DNA of 62,578 nt, counting the filler, from Dirinaria sp. TL-2023a (Eukaryota), in NCBI GenBank assembly GCA_051941275.1. It is 6 parts of 6 records of this genome, joined end to end, with 100 filler letters (N's around TTAATTAATTAA, not from the genome) between each part and the next. Parts side by side here need not be neighbours in the genome. Positions count along the whole stretch, not along the records: positions 41,823 to 52,152 come from JAVEBF010000950.1; positions 52,253 to 62,578 come from JAVEBF010000951.1; 4 more parts are not named here. The stretch is one strand, 5' to 3'. The number at the start of each line of letters is the position of its first letter. The stretch's first letter is position 1. Of the stretch, positions 49,195 to 62,578 are shown piece after piece. The notes below the pieces were generated by a model. The model was not told the origin of the DNA. It was given only the letters and a program-made list of their open reading frames with translations, and did not search any database. The translations under genes and the position numbers were made by a program.

Positions 49195-52152
49195 GATGAC
49201 GATATATCTTTGGCTGAGACCTGGAATATATCCCGAAAGCTTAATGCCAACCTGTTAGTGACCAGCACTTGCAGAGAAAGTTGTTTGAAAGAAAGTCAAT
49301 ATCTCCAATAGGTTTAAGGAAAGTAAGGAAACGAAGTAGTAGGATCAGGATATAAAAGAAATGGAATGTGATGACGAGATACCAGCTCTCTTTGTGGGGC
49401 GAACAAAGCGAAGCGAAACAAAGGTATTGTTGACCAAAATGGTGAAGAGCGAACAATGACAATAAGAACGACACAGACGCGAGGGAATAATGTTCAGGAG
49501 ACTTACGACAGGCGGTAACCCTGTCCGATAACCTGAGACGCGTGTATCAGGGCGCGATTGGCTAGTACATGGTTCTCTGTCCTTGGGGGAGTCTTCCATC
49601 TCCTGGGCGGCTTCGACTGCATATATAGATGCATCCTCCACCCTCCGACCATGTCGGAGATAACTACTGGTGCAGCCATCTCCATTCTCTCCTTCTCTCA
49701 AGGTATCGTCCAGGCAAGATCTGGGGTCACATTTGTTGGTCTGGTGGCCGGCGAACTGTGGTTGAGAATGCACCGGCCGAGTCATGAGGCCAATGGGAGG
49801 AATGGAGGTTGACACGAATTTTGGCGATTGAGCCACTTAGCGGAACACTACTTCACCGCTGGCAGCACAGTGTCTTCTCGCGTTTCCTCGAACCTGCCTC
49901 GGGATCGAGTAACTGTTTGACGTCTTTCACTCCTTGTGGGGAAAGCGCTGTCTCCCGCCGCCGACACGCCTGCAGCCTTGGGGCAGCGGCAAACCCACCA
50001 ACCATTCGACCTGAGAGTCCTCATACTCGATGAACCAGTACACACAATAGTAGAAGTCGGTGCAGCAATGAAGAGCATGACCAGGATCTTGAATGAGACA
50101 TGGCATTAAATTTCTCTCCCCCTCTTTTTGTCCCTGTGTCAGCGTCATTCGAAACACTTGAGGTTGAGACATGTGAGTGGCTGGGCCACATTGATGCCAA
50201 GCGCCGGGACGGGCCCCTTTCAACTGCCGCTAAACTCCATTGGGCCTTGGCCGTTTCGGGTCACGTCGAATGAAGATCATTCGATCGCAGTCTGTGAGGG
50301 AAGGCGACAATCCTTGATCGATCCACGATGCAAGGATATGGAAGGTGCGATGAAGGGAAAATTTCTTCCTGACCACAACGGCGAACCCCATGAAGCGGTC
50401 ACAGATGGATCTTTCGTGATCCGCTAGCCAGAGCGGACTTTTTCGGACTGCACCCCAATTTGTTCCTCGGCAGGAATTTGAGATGCTGTGTTGCCACTAG
50501 GTATCTTAAGGTATGCATACCTAGACTACGAGGCTACCTTACTATCCTAGATTACCAGCATCCCCATACCTACCCCGCATTCTACCTATCCCATACTGTT
50601 CTGCGGATATAATACAGTAACGTGGTACTACTGACTTCGAGCAAGGACTGACACGACGGGGCTGTAAACCGGAAAGGAGAAGGTGCAAGATTATACATCC
50701 CTCCTCGACTAACGTTGTATTCCCCAAAGATCACATACTCTGCTCATGCTTTCTGACCGGTATGTACATTTCCATGGAAAAGAGGTATCAAGATAGGTGG
50801 AACGGGCGACTTGGCGGTCTGCTTAACCTTGGTGGCTCTTGAAGATGGCACGGCATACTTGACTTAACCTCGTCTTAGTGAAAGATGGACGCGAAAGGAA
50901 TCCCTGGGGCTGATAGATCCTCGATACTGGTTCGAACAAGCGCTGTGTAGGCCTCTTCGTCGACTTCTCACAAAGGCCGGAGCGAACCTTCCATTACTCC
51001 TCCGTTCCGCCGGTTATACTGAATCTTACTTTGGGCGCTATAACTAGCGCTTGTTCTCGCTTTGTGATTAGAGTATTTTTCTTCGCTGCTAAGGAAGGAA
51101 GCCAGGAGGTGAGGCAGGGTAGGCGACGTAGCGACCAATAGTCTCCCAATCATCTCCTTGCCATTGAAAACCGAGAGGCGGCAAGCAATTCCGACTGCTT
51201 GGGTCATCTGAGAACATCGACTGGAGATCGTGGCGGCGTGAGTGAAAGGTATGACACTGCAGTACGTCCGTGTCGATCAGGATTGCTAGGGATATTCGAG
51301 TCAACAACCATGCAGAGATATAGAGTCACCAGATCATGATGATCTTGTCGTAGCGGTGTCAGCTAAGACTCTTCACTCCGTGAACACATAGCCTAGATCC
51401 CCCAACGCGGCACGCAGAACTTCTAATGTTCTGTGTGGGATGCCGACATCCTTACAAAAATTACAGTGTCGACATGTGAAATTCAGAATGACTGGTAAGC
51501 GATGACGCATGCTTGAAGACCTACAGCCTCTCCAAGAAAGTCACAAGACTTCAGAAGTGACAGCACGAGCAAAACCGATGCGGAGAAGACGTCTCAGACC
51601 GACTTTTGGTGTTGCAGTACCTGCTGCTCCAAGCATTGCCGACTACACCCGCCTCTGCTTTTCCTAGGCCACCTGTGGAAGGTTCGACGATATGAAGTCT
51701 GTGTGATATCAAGACAGTTGCGATCGGGAGAACAGTGGAATGCAGGATTGCGAACCATTGTAGCTGGATGCAGGCATGCAGCTCCAAGACGAAACGATGT
51801 TCCTTTATCACGCGAGTCACGTGAATAGCTACGGCCGTCGAAGCAGCGTGTGTGCCCAAGGATGATCCATAGGAGGGATGAAGGACCTCCAAGCCGCTGA
51901 GTTGGTCTGGTAGCTGTTTCCACCAATCCGCTTGAGGTCTCCTCGATGATTGTCATCGTGCTAGAGGTTGAATTGGACCAACGGCATCTTCACCCACTGA
52001 CGAGACCTAAGATATTGACTAAACATTTCTTCACTGCAATGGAATCCCGTCTCTCGCCTGCACACATATTGAAAACGCTCGATAGCTCGAACCTTGAATG
52101 GATAGAAAATTGGCAAACATGCTCTGTGTGCCCCTTTCTTTCGTTTTTCTTC

Positions 52153-52252
52153 NNNNNNNNNNNNNNNNNNNNNNNNNNNNNNNNNNNNNNNNNNNNTTAA
52201 TTAATTAANNNNNNNNNNNNNNNNNNNNNNNNNNNNNNNNNNNNNNNNNNNN
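52153..52252. other. Artificial contig linker
   Basis: N44-TTAATTAATTAA-N44. Confidence 0.98.
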
Positions 52253-55200
52253 GGCAGTCGCAGGCCCAATGAACATGGGAGCTGGACTTACCCGCGTTGC
52301 CAAATGTATGCCAAGAGAACAACGCTTATGTGGCCTGGCAAAAACTTTTTCCTCAACCAAACCCTGCCCAAGCCTGCTTCGGAGAACGGCCAATCTTTCC
52401 CGCACCCCGACACTGACTAGTACTGTCGAATTTCCATAATTAGGCCGACTGCCGCGCTGATTGGCTCCCTCTTCCTCAGTACGACGGGCCGGCCTCTCGA
52501 CCTTGATTCCGAATCATTGGTACCGTAACGTGTCACTGCTGCGCCTTACTACTAAGGCAAGGCACTTGATTAAGGTGACTGATCGGTTCCCTTGCCCTGC
52601 CTGAACATGTGGCTACTCCGTACCTTAATTCCTGCTGAGCAATTAGAGATCGGAACCTCCCCATTCTCCCCCATTTTGCAGATCCGTGCATTATCGAATA
52701 ATAATACTACAACTTCTTGTGCTCCGCGTTATGCAATGCTGACGGCCATGGAGATCATTTCGGTGGAACTGTTCGAGCGGTTTGTATCGGTGTTTGAATA
52801 ATCGGACGAAATCAATTTTAGAGACACCCACTGTATCTCGTGATAAGGTGGTGCATGTGACCGGGTCAAGTGTTCAGGAACGAGAACAACTGGCTGTACT
52901 TCGCGCAACCTGCCCATTACACTTTCTGGGTGGCTCTACGATTGCATGACCTGCTTGCCATATCGGAGCTCGAACTATGTCTTCAGCTGTCGTGCAAACG
53001 TAATTTGCATTCACCGTTTTCGTCCACCGCATCGTTTGCATCTGAATGGTATAGCGTATTGCGCGGCAGGACCGAGGAAGGCGATGCCTTGATACTAAGG
53101 TAGATAGAGGGAGAGTGCATTAGCCACAGCATGAATTCCTTTCGAAATCTCGAAGCCTGCTGCTGCAGGTACAAATCCCAGAGAGTAGTAAGCCGCGTGG
53201 GTGGTCCATGCTGTCCCCCGGATTTTCCATGATCTAGATAGCGTGCTGTGGCTAGTTGAGGCTGTGGTGGCTTTCCCCAACGGCCGAACCCGCAACGGGT
53301 CGATTAGCCGGCAAAAAATGTTAGTCGTGTTCCAGACCAATCGAGCCAATTCTCTCCCCTTCTTACCTCGGCAAAACGACAACCCAATAATGCGATTATG
53401 CGCCTATAAACCGGCTTTAAGAGCAAGTCAATTAAGACGCTGCGCTCATGCATTCGGGCCGATATCATCAATTGTGGCTGAAGAGAGACTACGTGTGAAA
53501 TGTGTTTGCACCGTCCTCTGCCAAGGACAACAAGACACGAGATGAACTTCTCGGCCCTGGCGCAACACAGAGTCAACGGAAGAAGATGTCCAATAACAAG
53601 AATAAACACGAGAGGCTCGGTGGCTGCTTCGCCTCCTGGATTGATCTTGCAGCAGCTGCAGCAATTTTTCAATGACCTACCCACCTCACCTTCTTGCTTT
53701 ACAGAGATGGGTATCATATTCATACCCCGGCGTGGGTAAACTTGACGAAATAGGCAATTACTTGCGGTTCCTTGGCGGCTCACCACGTGGTAGTTGCAGA
53801 TGCGGGACATCCACCTGGGGATTACCGTACCTTAAGACCGCAGAACATTGCCGGTTGGAAAGCTGAGTAAAGGTATAGCTTATTGATCTAGCGTAGCAGA
53901 AGACGTTGACCAATAAGGTAGGTGGAACAGTCAGCGCTGCACGTTTCAGCTATTGCATTGAGTGATGACTGTGCTGGGTGCATCAAGCTCACTCGGAACC
54001 GGAAGTAGCATCCAGTGATAACGTTTCCTGATCCATTGTTCACAAGGTTGCGGCAAGAGAAGGTCCGTTATGCAGAGGATGAAACCAGTGATGTGCGATC
54101 AAGATCTTGGATCTGTGGGAAAAATAGTCGGCAAACCTACAGTCGACGGATGTACCTTCCAGATAACCTTGCTTTATATTTCACATGCCACCGCTGTATC
54201 TTAGCCCAAGTAACCGTGCAAGGACAAATACGTGCCAAGCGGCAAAAGCCAGGTCCCGAAGTGATATGTCAAAGCTATACGTAACTGTGGGCACGTACTT
54301 GCCATGTTGTGGGGATTTTCCATGTAACTCCTCGCCCAATGTATACTCTTTTGGATAACGGTGAGCTTACATAGCGATTTGGAAGATTCAGGATCATGTA
54401 AGAAAGGTCCGGCTTATGCTGTGAAACCATCAACTTGTAAGAGCAACGCAAAATACGATTAGATATCTCGTAAGTCACTAGCAATGCCCTCGAACATTGC
54501 TTAGATTACGTAGATGAAGCAACGCTGTTATATGCACAGTGCTTTTAGAAAATTCGTACCGTTTTCTTAGAATCGGTATTGTTCTTACTCCAAGGTATGG
54601 CATCCGGGTCATTACACATGTACCATTCTCAATTCCATATTCCAGACACAAATGGTGCGCTGTCTTAACGCATCCCTCGCCTCTAAATATCTATGGAAAA
54701 CTTCGAGCACATGTAGAGTTAATTATCACCTACAATCTAATCTTCAACTTTCGTTCAGCTCAAAATGTGAGCCAAGCCGTACTCATTCGCAAAAGCTTTC
54801 AACACCCTGCCTTACCCTAATTTTCATCATAAGGTAGAATTCAGGGTTACCTAATCATTAGGGTTATTCCGACATCTCCGCCGATAAGCCTCGGCTGCTA
54901 AATACGTACCGTACCTTAGTCACGAAGCTTTGGGGGCCTTTTGAAGTAGTAGGTACGACAGTACCTTGAGGTAGCCTTCTGCTAGAGTTTTCTTATCTTA
55001 CCTGTTCGAATGCTACTTCACCGTAGCACCAGCTCTGTACGCCAGTGTAGTATTTATTCTGGCATTGACTTTCAAGTATCCACGTAGTCGCGTATTGTCT
55101 GGTTGGGATGATACACCACTCAAAGTTATCATTGGTCGCGATCAACAATTTGCTAACTCTGGAAATTCAAAATACCCTGCTTACTATGTCGTATACGGGA

Positions 55201-55451
55201 CGCGGCACAAATCGTAAAACGCAAGAGTCACTACGAATCACGCGGCACGAAATGAGTTGGAGCGGTTATATGAAGCTGGAATTATGTGGTATCATTCCAT
55301 TCAGGCCTATGACTCCGTTGCCCTTATGTTACAAAGCAAATCTGTAGCAACCGTTGCAAGACCAACCAGTCATCAGCTGCTATCCACCGAACAAACCCCT
55401 GAACATGGATATGGCGAGCCGGAGATGTCGTAAGAGTAAGAGAGGACCCAT

Positions 55452-55906
<455 letters not shown>

Positions 55907-56730
55907 GATGATAGAGCGTTGAAGTTGTAAGCTTTAGAAAAGGAGGTAAAGGGTGGGTTGAAGCGTGGATGAGTGCTTGAGATGGGATTGATGTACAGAT
56001 GCTGGTTGGCTGGGTGGAATAATAAAAGATCAAGTTTCAGTATGGTGGGAGGATATTTGAAGACCGCGCCCCTCTGAGAGATGTATCACTCCGATCGCTG
56101 AGCTAAACCCGTTTTGAGCCAACAACAAACCCAATTTCAGGGGGGATTGCTGCCCACTAGCGCATCCGGTATTTGGGACCCAACACCAGAACACACGATC
56201 TTCAATTTTCGGTACCTCTCCAATCCACGGTATCGCAACAAGTGTGACTCATTTCTGAGGTGATTGATGAACCTGTACAATAGATGTATGACAATGATAA
56301 TATTCATTAAATTTTTCACTCCATGTGCAAGGAATTACATACGAAATCCGTGTTGCATTGAGGATTAATCGGCGGGTCAGATGGTCGCTTAAATGTATTC
56401 TCTGAATTTTGATTGGCTCAAAAATGCACCTTGCCATGAATTCCAAAGTTCCCTCACCAGATTTCCGGCCGTGCAAAACACGCGAAACAGCGCCTGCTTT
56501 CCAGCACATGAAAAGTGATGTTGTCGCTAGCGTCCTTTGGCTGCGCGCCTGCCTGGATCAACGCTTTCTTCGATAAACTACTTATTCCCACTTTCTTTCG
56601 CTTCCCCTCCACTCTTCTTCCACATCATCCACCCACCATCGGCATCATCCACAAATCCATCATCCACAGCTTCATTTCATCAACCAACCATCCAAACTAT
56701 CATCAAATCTATCCATAATCATCATTCGCA
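55907..56730. promoter_or_regulatory. Bidirectional H4/H3 promoter
   Basis: Lies between the divergent histone ATGs; reverse CCAAT (GATTGG) near 56411 and an MCB/SCB-like ACGCGAAA near 56480. Confidence 0.6.
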
Positions 56731-57393
<663 letters not shown>

Positions 57394-58190
57394 ATAGCTG
57401 TTAGTCTGTTAGCCACCACCATGTCTTGTCAAATTTCGAGTAATCAGTTCACCCTTGTCGCTCCAGCATTCTAGCACAGGTGAACCTCATGGATGCTCAA
57501 TCATGGTGGCGATCTGGCTGCTTGGATCTGTGGTTTTATGAGCATAGGGATGATGGAAAGGAGATTCTATTGGAGTTTGCTCAGGCCAGAGCGTGGGTTG
57601 CTTGTATCATAAATTAATCAGCGGCGGTGATTGTGCGCTGAATGACAATAGTGACGATAGAATACCCAATCTTCGTCTTCTTCCATAGCAACACGCTTTG
57701 CAGTGATATGTGACATGAATGCTTTGATCTTTCAATATTATTGCCACTGGTCGCATACTCTTAGTACCCTAGCGCTACCTAAGAAGATTTGAAGCCAAGC
57801 TTACAAACAGACCACTCCATGAACCACTGCAACACCAAAATGAGTATATTGCGCAATTATCTAGGACGAGCTGTCCGGCTCAGAATCTAGGTATGACTTT
57901 TCCTGTCGGTGCTTGGAAGAGTTTAGAAGCCAAGGCACGCGGAGTGAGGTGGTGGCCAGGATTTGCGACAAGTGCTATCATAAGTTCCTTAATAATCGGT
58001 GTAGCTCTCAATTGCTGACAGCGCGAAATCTTCCAATCCTGCAGTGCAGAGTATCTCATTGTCAAGTCTAAGTCTCTGAATGTTGCTGTTCCTCTCCTAA
58101 TGTCACATTCTCCATTAATCTGTAGTCTCGGAAGCGACTTGTCTCTATCACAGGCTCTCGATATCCGATTGACTCCTACCTCCTTCGACC

Positions 58191-59043
58191 ATGTACCGTT
58201 ATAGCACTGGTCGCTGCATAGCTCGGGGGTGCCGCCAGAGGGAGCAGCTCACATCTCTGCCATCTCAAAGGCGCTGGATCGTGAACACCCCGAAAAGAAG
58301 CGATATTGGCAAGGAAGCTGAGACGAAAGCAAGTGTTACACTTGATACTCAATCCCAACTACCTTTATGGCAGCGACTTGGACCAATCACCAAAGCTCTC
58401 CAAGGCTATGCTCGAGCGCAGCAGACAAGGCCATATACAACACAAGCCGTTAGTGCAATTGCTGTCTACTTTTGTGGTGATGTGGGAGCACAGATGATTG
58501 GGAAAGAGGAGTATGATCCGTGGCGGACCGCTAGGAATATGATCATTGGAGCAGTCATTGCTGTCCCGTCCTACAGATGGTATGACTGCCATTTTCATGA
58601 TAGAAGCTGTCGAGCTAATTCAATGCCAGGTTCATGTATCTTGGCAAGTCCTTCAACTATACCTCGAAGCTCGTCTCGTTGGGCACCAAAGTGGTCGTCA
58701 ATCAAATTGTCTTCACCCCGATTTTCCTAAGCTCGTTTTTCGGCATGCAAACTCTGCTGTCCGGCCGTGGACCTGTGGAAGCTTGGGATCGTATCAAACG
58801 TACACTACCACCAAGCTACGTCAATTCGTTGAAGCTGTGGCCGGCGGTGACAGCTTTCAGCTTCACCTATATCGTACCTCAGTACAGAGCGATCTTCGCA
58901 GGTAAATTATCCTTGGATACCCTTTTATGTTTGCATCAAGCCCGCTCACCTTGGATGTAGGCGGCATTGCAATCTTCTGGCAAGCTTATTTGTCGTGGCT
59001 GAATCAGCGCGCCGCAACGCAAGAGCTCGCTGTCGAAGCGTAG
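58191..59043 (+). CDS. Mpv17/PMP22 family membrane protein (SYM1-like), 3 exons
   Basis: Arg-rich mitochondrial-type leader; RPYTTQ...GDVGAQ, YDPWRTAR, KVVVNQIVFTP, LWPAVTAFSFTYIVPQYR, FWQAYLSWLN. Confidence 0.88.
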
Positions 59044-59992
59044 CCTAGTATCTGTGGTATGGAGCAGTCTTTTCCAAAATAGCAACACTGTTCGCACTTG
59101 GCATCACTTATCCAGATCATAAGACCAATGACTGATTCACGAGCTGACAATTTGTTTCTGGACAGGCATTCATCATCTGACCTAAACGATCGGATCATTA
59201 AAGCATCGATTACTGAAACCTATTCTGAGACTCCTACGAATTAGGCTACGCTCTGCCCTTTATAAACCACTTTGGAGCTCGGTAATATCACATGGGTCTT
59301 TCGCTATGCACGCCTTAGAGTGACCCAGTGATCGAATTTGCCCTTTGGACAATACTTAAAGATCTGTCGCAAACACCGAAGTAGGGCATATGCGAAAACA
59401 TAAGTCTTTAAGAACCGACTTCAACGACTTTCATGTGAGCGTGACGTAGCTCGCTCCGCGACTGGAATGCTTTATGAAGTCTGTTATGGGTCATAATTCT
59501 ACATCTTTCCTTTCTCCGAAAGGGGCCACTTTCTTCGCAGCGACTTTGTTGGATGGGAGAAACCCTGAATGATAGAGACTAAGTGAAAAGATATGTATAG
59601 AGCAGGAAATAGAATAGACTAGAATAGACTGGGTAGACTGACCGAATAGACTCATGCAATAGACACAACCAATTCCCAATGTCTTTTTTTTTCTTAGCCG
59701 TGACTCTATCAAGTGAAATAAATTGGACACCCATGCTACATATTCACCCCTCGTTTCATTAATAAATACACAATGTAAGAGCAAGTCACGAGCTTGTAAG
59801 TACCAAAGCACACCAGAATCTCTTTCAACAATAGAGATAACAATGTTGATTGTATTTTGCGAAAGCTATCGGGTCTTTATTTAGGGCACTGACAGACCTC
59901 GACGAACCCTCAATCGAGTCATGGTACATGGTCAACCCTAAGGTAGCGCTTCCTTTGGCCACCGAGTATACTGGACCACGTCCATCAGGGGC

Positions 59993-61630
59993 ATGGATGG
60001 CACTGCCTCCGCCCAAGAGGATGGTAACAGCGACTATGGTTCCGAAATCAACTCCGATGAGGAAGTGAGCCTGACCGAGCTCCTTCAGCAAATCTCATCA
60101 AAAGAGGCAAGCGCTCCACCTCTCAACCTTCAAGATATCGAAGACAATGAAGGTCCCCGAGGCGCGAGGCTTCCTCGCTGGCTGGGCCGGGAACGACGCG
60201 ATCTCGACAAGACACTTATGCAAATGCCAAATCCAAGACCGACGGATAAGATTGCAGTCGAGATCGAAAGCTACCGCAGCGCCTCCGCGCCTGGTATGTG
60301 AACGGATGCAGACCCAATCCCCTACTGACTGACAATGAAGCGTATAGTGGAAAGCGCGCAGAGTCGCGGAGACAGGAGTGTGAGAGGGGCTTCCGCAGAG
60401 CCATCTCACCAGAGTCCTGTCGCAAAGTCTGAGGCACCGGACCTCCGGTCACCCCTTGAGCGCTTTAGAACAAGGCCTATGAAGGCGCTCTCTGTTACGG
60501 ATTTGGTGTCTCCGTCCTGGTGTGAGCTGCAGTATTGGTACACGCTCACGAAGCATGGCAAGAAGCGGCGTACTCCGGCCATGAAGCAAGGTTCTGCTGT
60601 GCATAAGACCCTTGAAGATCAGGTGCATCGGACAGTGGAGGTGGAGATCAAGAAGAGCGAAGACGCTTGGGGTTTGAGGATATGGAATATCATCCAAGGT
60701 CTACGGACGCTTCGTGAAACGGGCATGACGCGTGAACTCGAGCTCTGGGGTATTGTGGACGGCCAAGTTGTGAATGGGGTCATAGATGAGTTATCATACA
60801 TGTGCCCGGATAGAGAGCTCGAGGAGGCCTCTGAGAAGCCGAAACAGGATGCTCCTTCAGAAGACCAGGCTACAATCGACGACTTCCTTCGCGGCAACGG
60901 CGGTCAATCTATGGAACGCGGCTTTCTCAAGCGCTTGAGCGCGAGGCAAAAGAAGACACCTAGGATCTACTTGATCGACGTCAAGACTAGAGGTGTCAAG
61001 TCTGTACCCAAAGGTGCCTCTTTCAGGCCCACCATGATGCAATTGATGCTCTACCACCGCTTGCTTTCAAACCTCGCAACGAACAAAGTGGACTCCTCGG
61101 TGCTTTTCGCGCGCTACGCCCTAGACCCCAACGCGGCATTCAGCGACAGCTTCGTTGCTCAGATTGGCAATCTCAACGAGATATACTATGACGCGTCGTC
61201 CGATCTTTCGCCGCTAGATCCAGAAGAGCCACCTCCCTCCACGCAAGATTCCATGTCAATCCTCCTGGAGCACAATTCCTTAGCTCAACTGTGGCAGCTA
61301 ATGATACAAGATTTCGAGAAAACAATGCCAGATGGGGTCAACAGTGTTGGAAAGGTCCTGAAAGCCGAGTATCGCGGCCAAGCCGATGGAGAATTGATGG
61401 GTACCAAGACATTCCTCTACGACGAGCGTATCCTGCAAGATTACCTCGAGGATGAGATGAGATGGTGGAAGGGCGAACGGGACGCTCGAGGCGTGGATAT
61501 CTCCGAAGCGTACAAATGCGGATACTGCGAGTTCGCCGAGGAGTGCACGTGGCGGAAGAATAAGATCGAGGAGGCAACTGAGGCGCATAGGAAGAGGAAT
61601 ATAGGCCAAAGATCGACATCCTCCGTATGA
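59993..61630 (+). CDS. EXO5: Exonuclease V (EXO5/Dem1), 2 exons (intron about 60294-60347)
   Basis: LSVTDLVSPSWCELQYWY, MKQGSAVHKTLE, TRELELWG, GVIDEL, IDVKTR, QLMLYH, and C-terminal Fe-S ligands YKCGYCEFAEECTWR. Confidence 0.93.
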
Positions 61631-62529
61631 GCGGCGGGAAAAATTCGGTGTTCATACTTATACTGAGTACTCCTCGCCCACACGAATATCAAATTACCTC
61701 CCGGCGCCGCCGTTGTTGGATTTTTCACTTGCTTGCCTGAAAAAGCGTCACCACTTCCAAAAACTCAGAACGAGCCAAGTCCCTCACCAAACCATCTTTC
61801 AAAAATACGAAGAAATGTCCACAGAAAAGAAAAGAAGAAATAAAATGGGGCAACTGGACGAATCCAGCGCGCACGCGCACATGCCATATTCAAAAACTCC
61901 CATTCAACCGCACACACACAACCAAAACCACTTCAAACAATCTAACTTGAAACCCCGCAGAACGAGAAAAAGCTCCAACACGCCCTTTCCCACCTCTAAA
62001 ACACCTCAGGGATTTCAGAAAAAATCCAAAGCATCAAAGAGAAAAAGAGAGCCATTCGTTGCACCTCAGTCCGAAAAAAAAGAGCACTTGGCATATAAAG
62101 CATGAACAAGAAGCATTCACGCAAAGCAAGCCAAACCTCTATACATATTATCTACATCTCACATGCACTATACTACTGTCTGTCTGTATGTATGTATGTA
62201 GAAAATAACCAGCCTCCCAGCGTTTAAAACGGCTGAGAAAGGAAAAAGATCACTATTACATATATCCACATACAAATGTAAAGTAGAGCGAGAAATCATG
62301 TATCTATATATACATATACCTATTTCAGTACGTAAGTAGAGCTGTAATCTGTTACCGTACTTGCAGAATTAAATCCAATGTCTCACCGATTATTTGGCAC
62401 GGAGTTGATGAGATAAGGTGGATGCGAAAGTATTGGTGGTAGGTAGGTATGTTGTTTATTATCGGTGGGTTTTTGGATTTGGAGGACATATGGCGGGATT
62501 TATGGAATACCTTACCTTATACCTTGGAG

Positions 62530-62533
<4 letters not shown>

Positions 62534-62578
<45 letters not shown>
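62534..62578. repeat. (GA)n microsatellite at the contig end
   Basis: Perfect dinucleotide run to the end of the window. Confidence 0.97.

Noticed and set aside
49222..49260. Stacked acceptor-like sites in the GH55 5'UTR suggesting a nested (stwintron) intron
   Set aside because: Adequately explained by one branch point (CTAAC) with alternative downstream AGs; no split donor seen.
54812..54866. Telomere-like TTAGGG/CCCTAA words
   Set aside because: Isolated, non-tandem copies in an interior position.
52253..55400. About 3 kb with many short ORFs; possible transposon or pseudogene
   Set aside because: No transposase, reverse transcriptase or integrase motifs, and no terminal repeats recognised.

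Overview
Eukaryotic DNA from a filamentous ascomycete (Pezizomycotina; short GT-AG introns with CTAAC/CTGAC branch points). The window is not one locus. It is six unrelated contigs (10362, 10361, 10359, 10340, 10330 and 10326 bp, in descending size) joined by an artificial 100-bp linker, N44-TTAATTAATTAA-N44. Recognisable genes by contig: (1) NF-X1/FAP1, Bem46 hydrolase; (2) RPA32, DBP10, IDI1, a GNAT; (3) an SDR, NEW1/Elf1 ABC-F, an HNM1-like permease; (4) family X DNA polymerase, IWR1, a Myb-like protein; (5) GH55 glucanase and two orphan secreted proteins; (6) divergent H4/H3 pair, Mpv17/SYM1-like, EXO5. Most notable: a histone H3 with Gln28 next to K27; a spliced methyltransferase pseudogene absent from the ORF track, with apparent C>T nonsense changes; an enriched intergenic TAAGGTA/TACCTTA heptamer; a ~110-aa module apparently shared by the orphan secreted proteins; and a possible ethanolamine-related SDR/permease linkage. 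No tRNA, rRNA, CRISPR array or intact transposon was recognised. Exon boundaries were read by eye.
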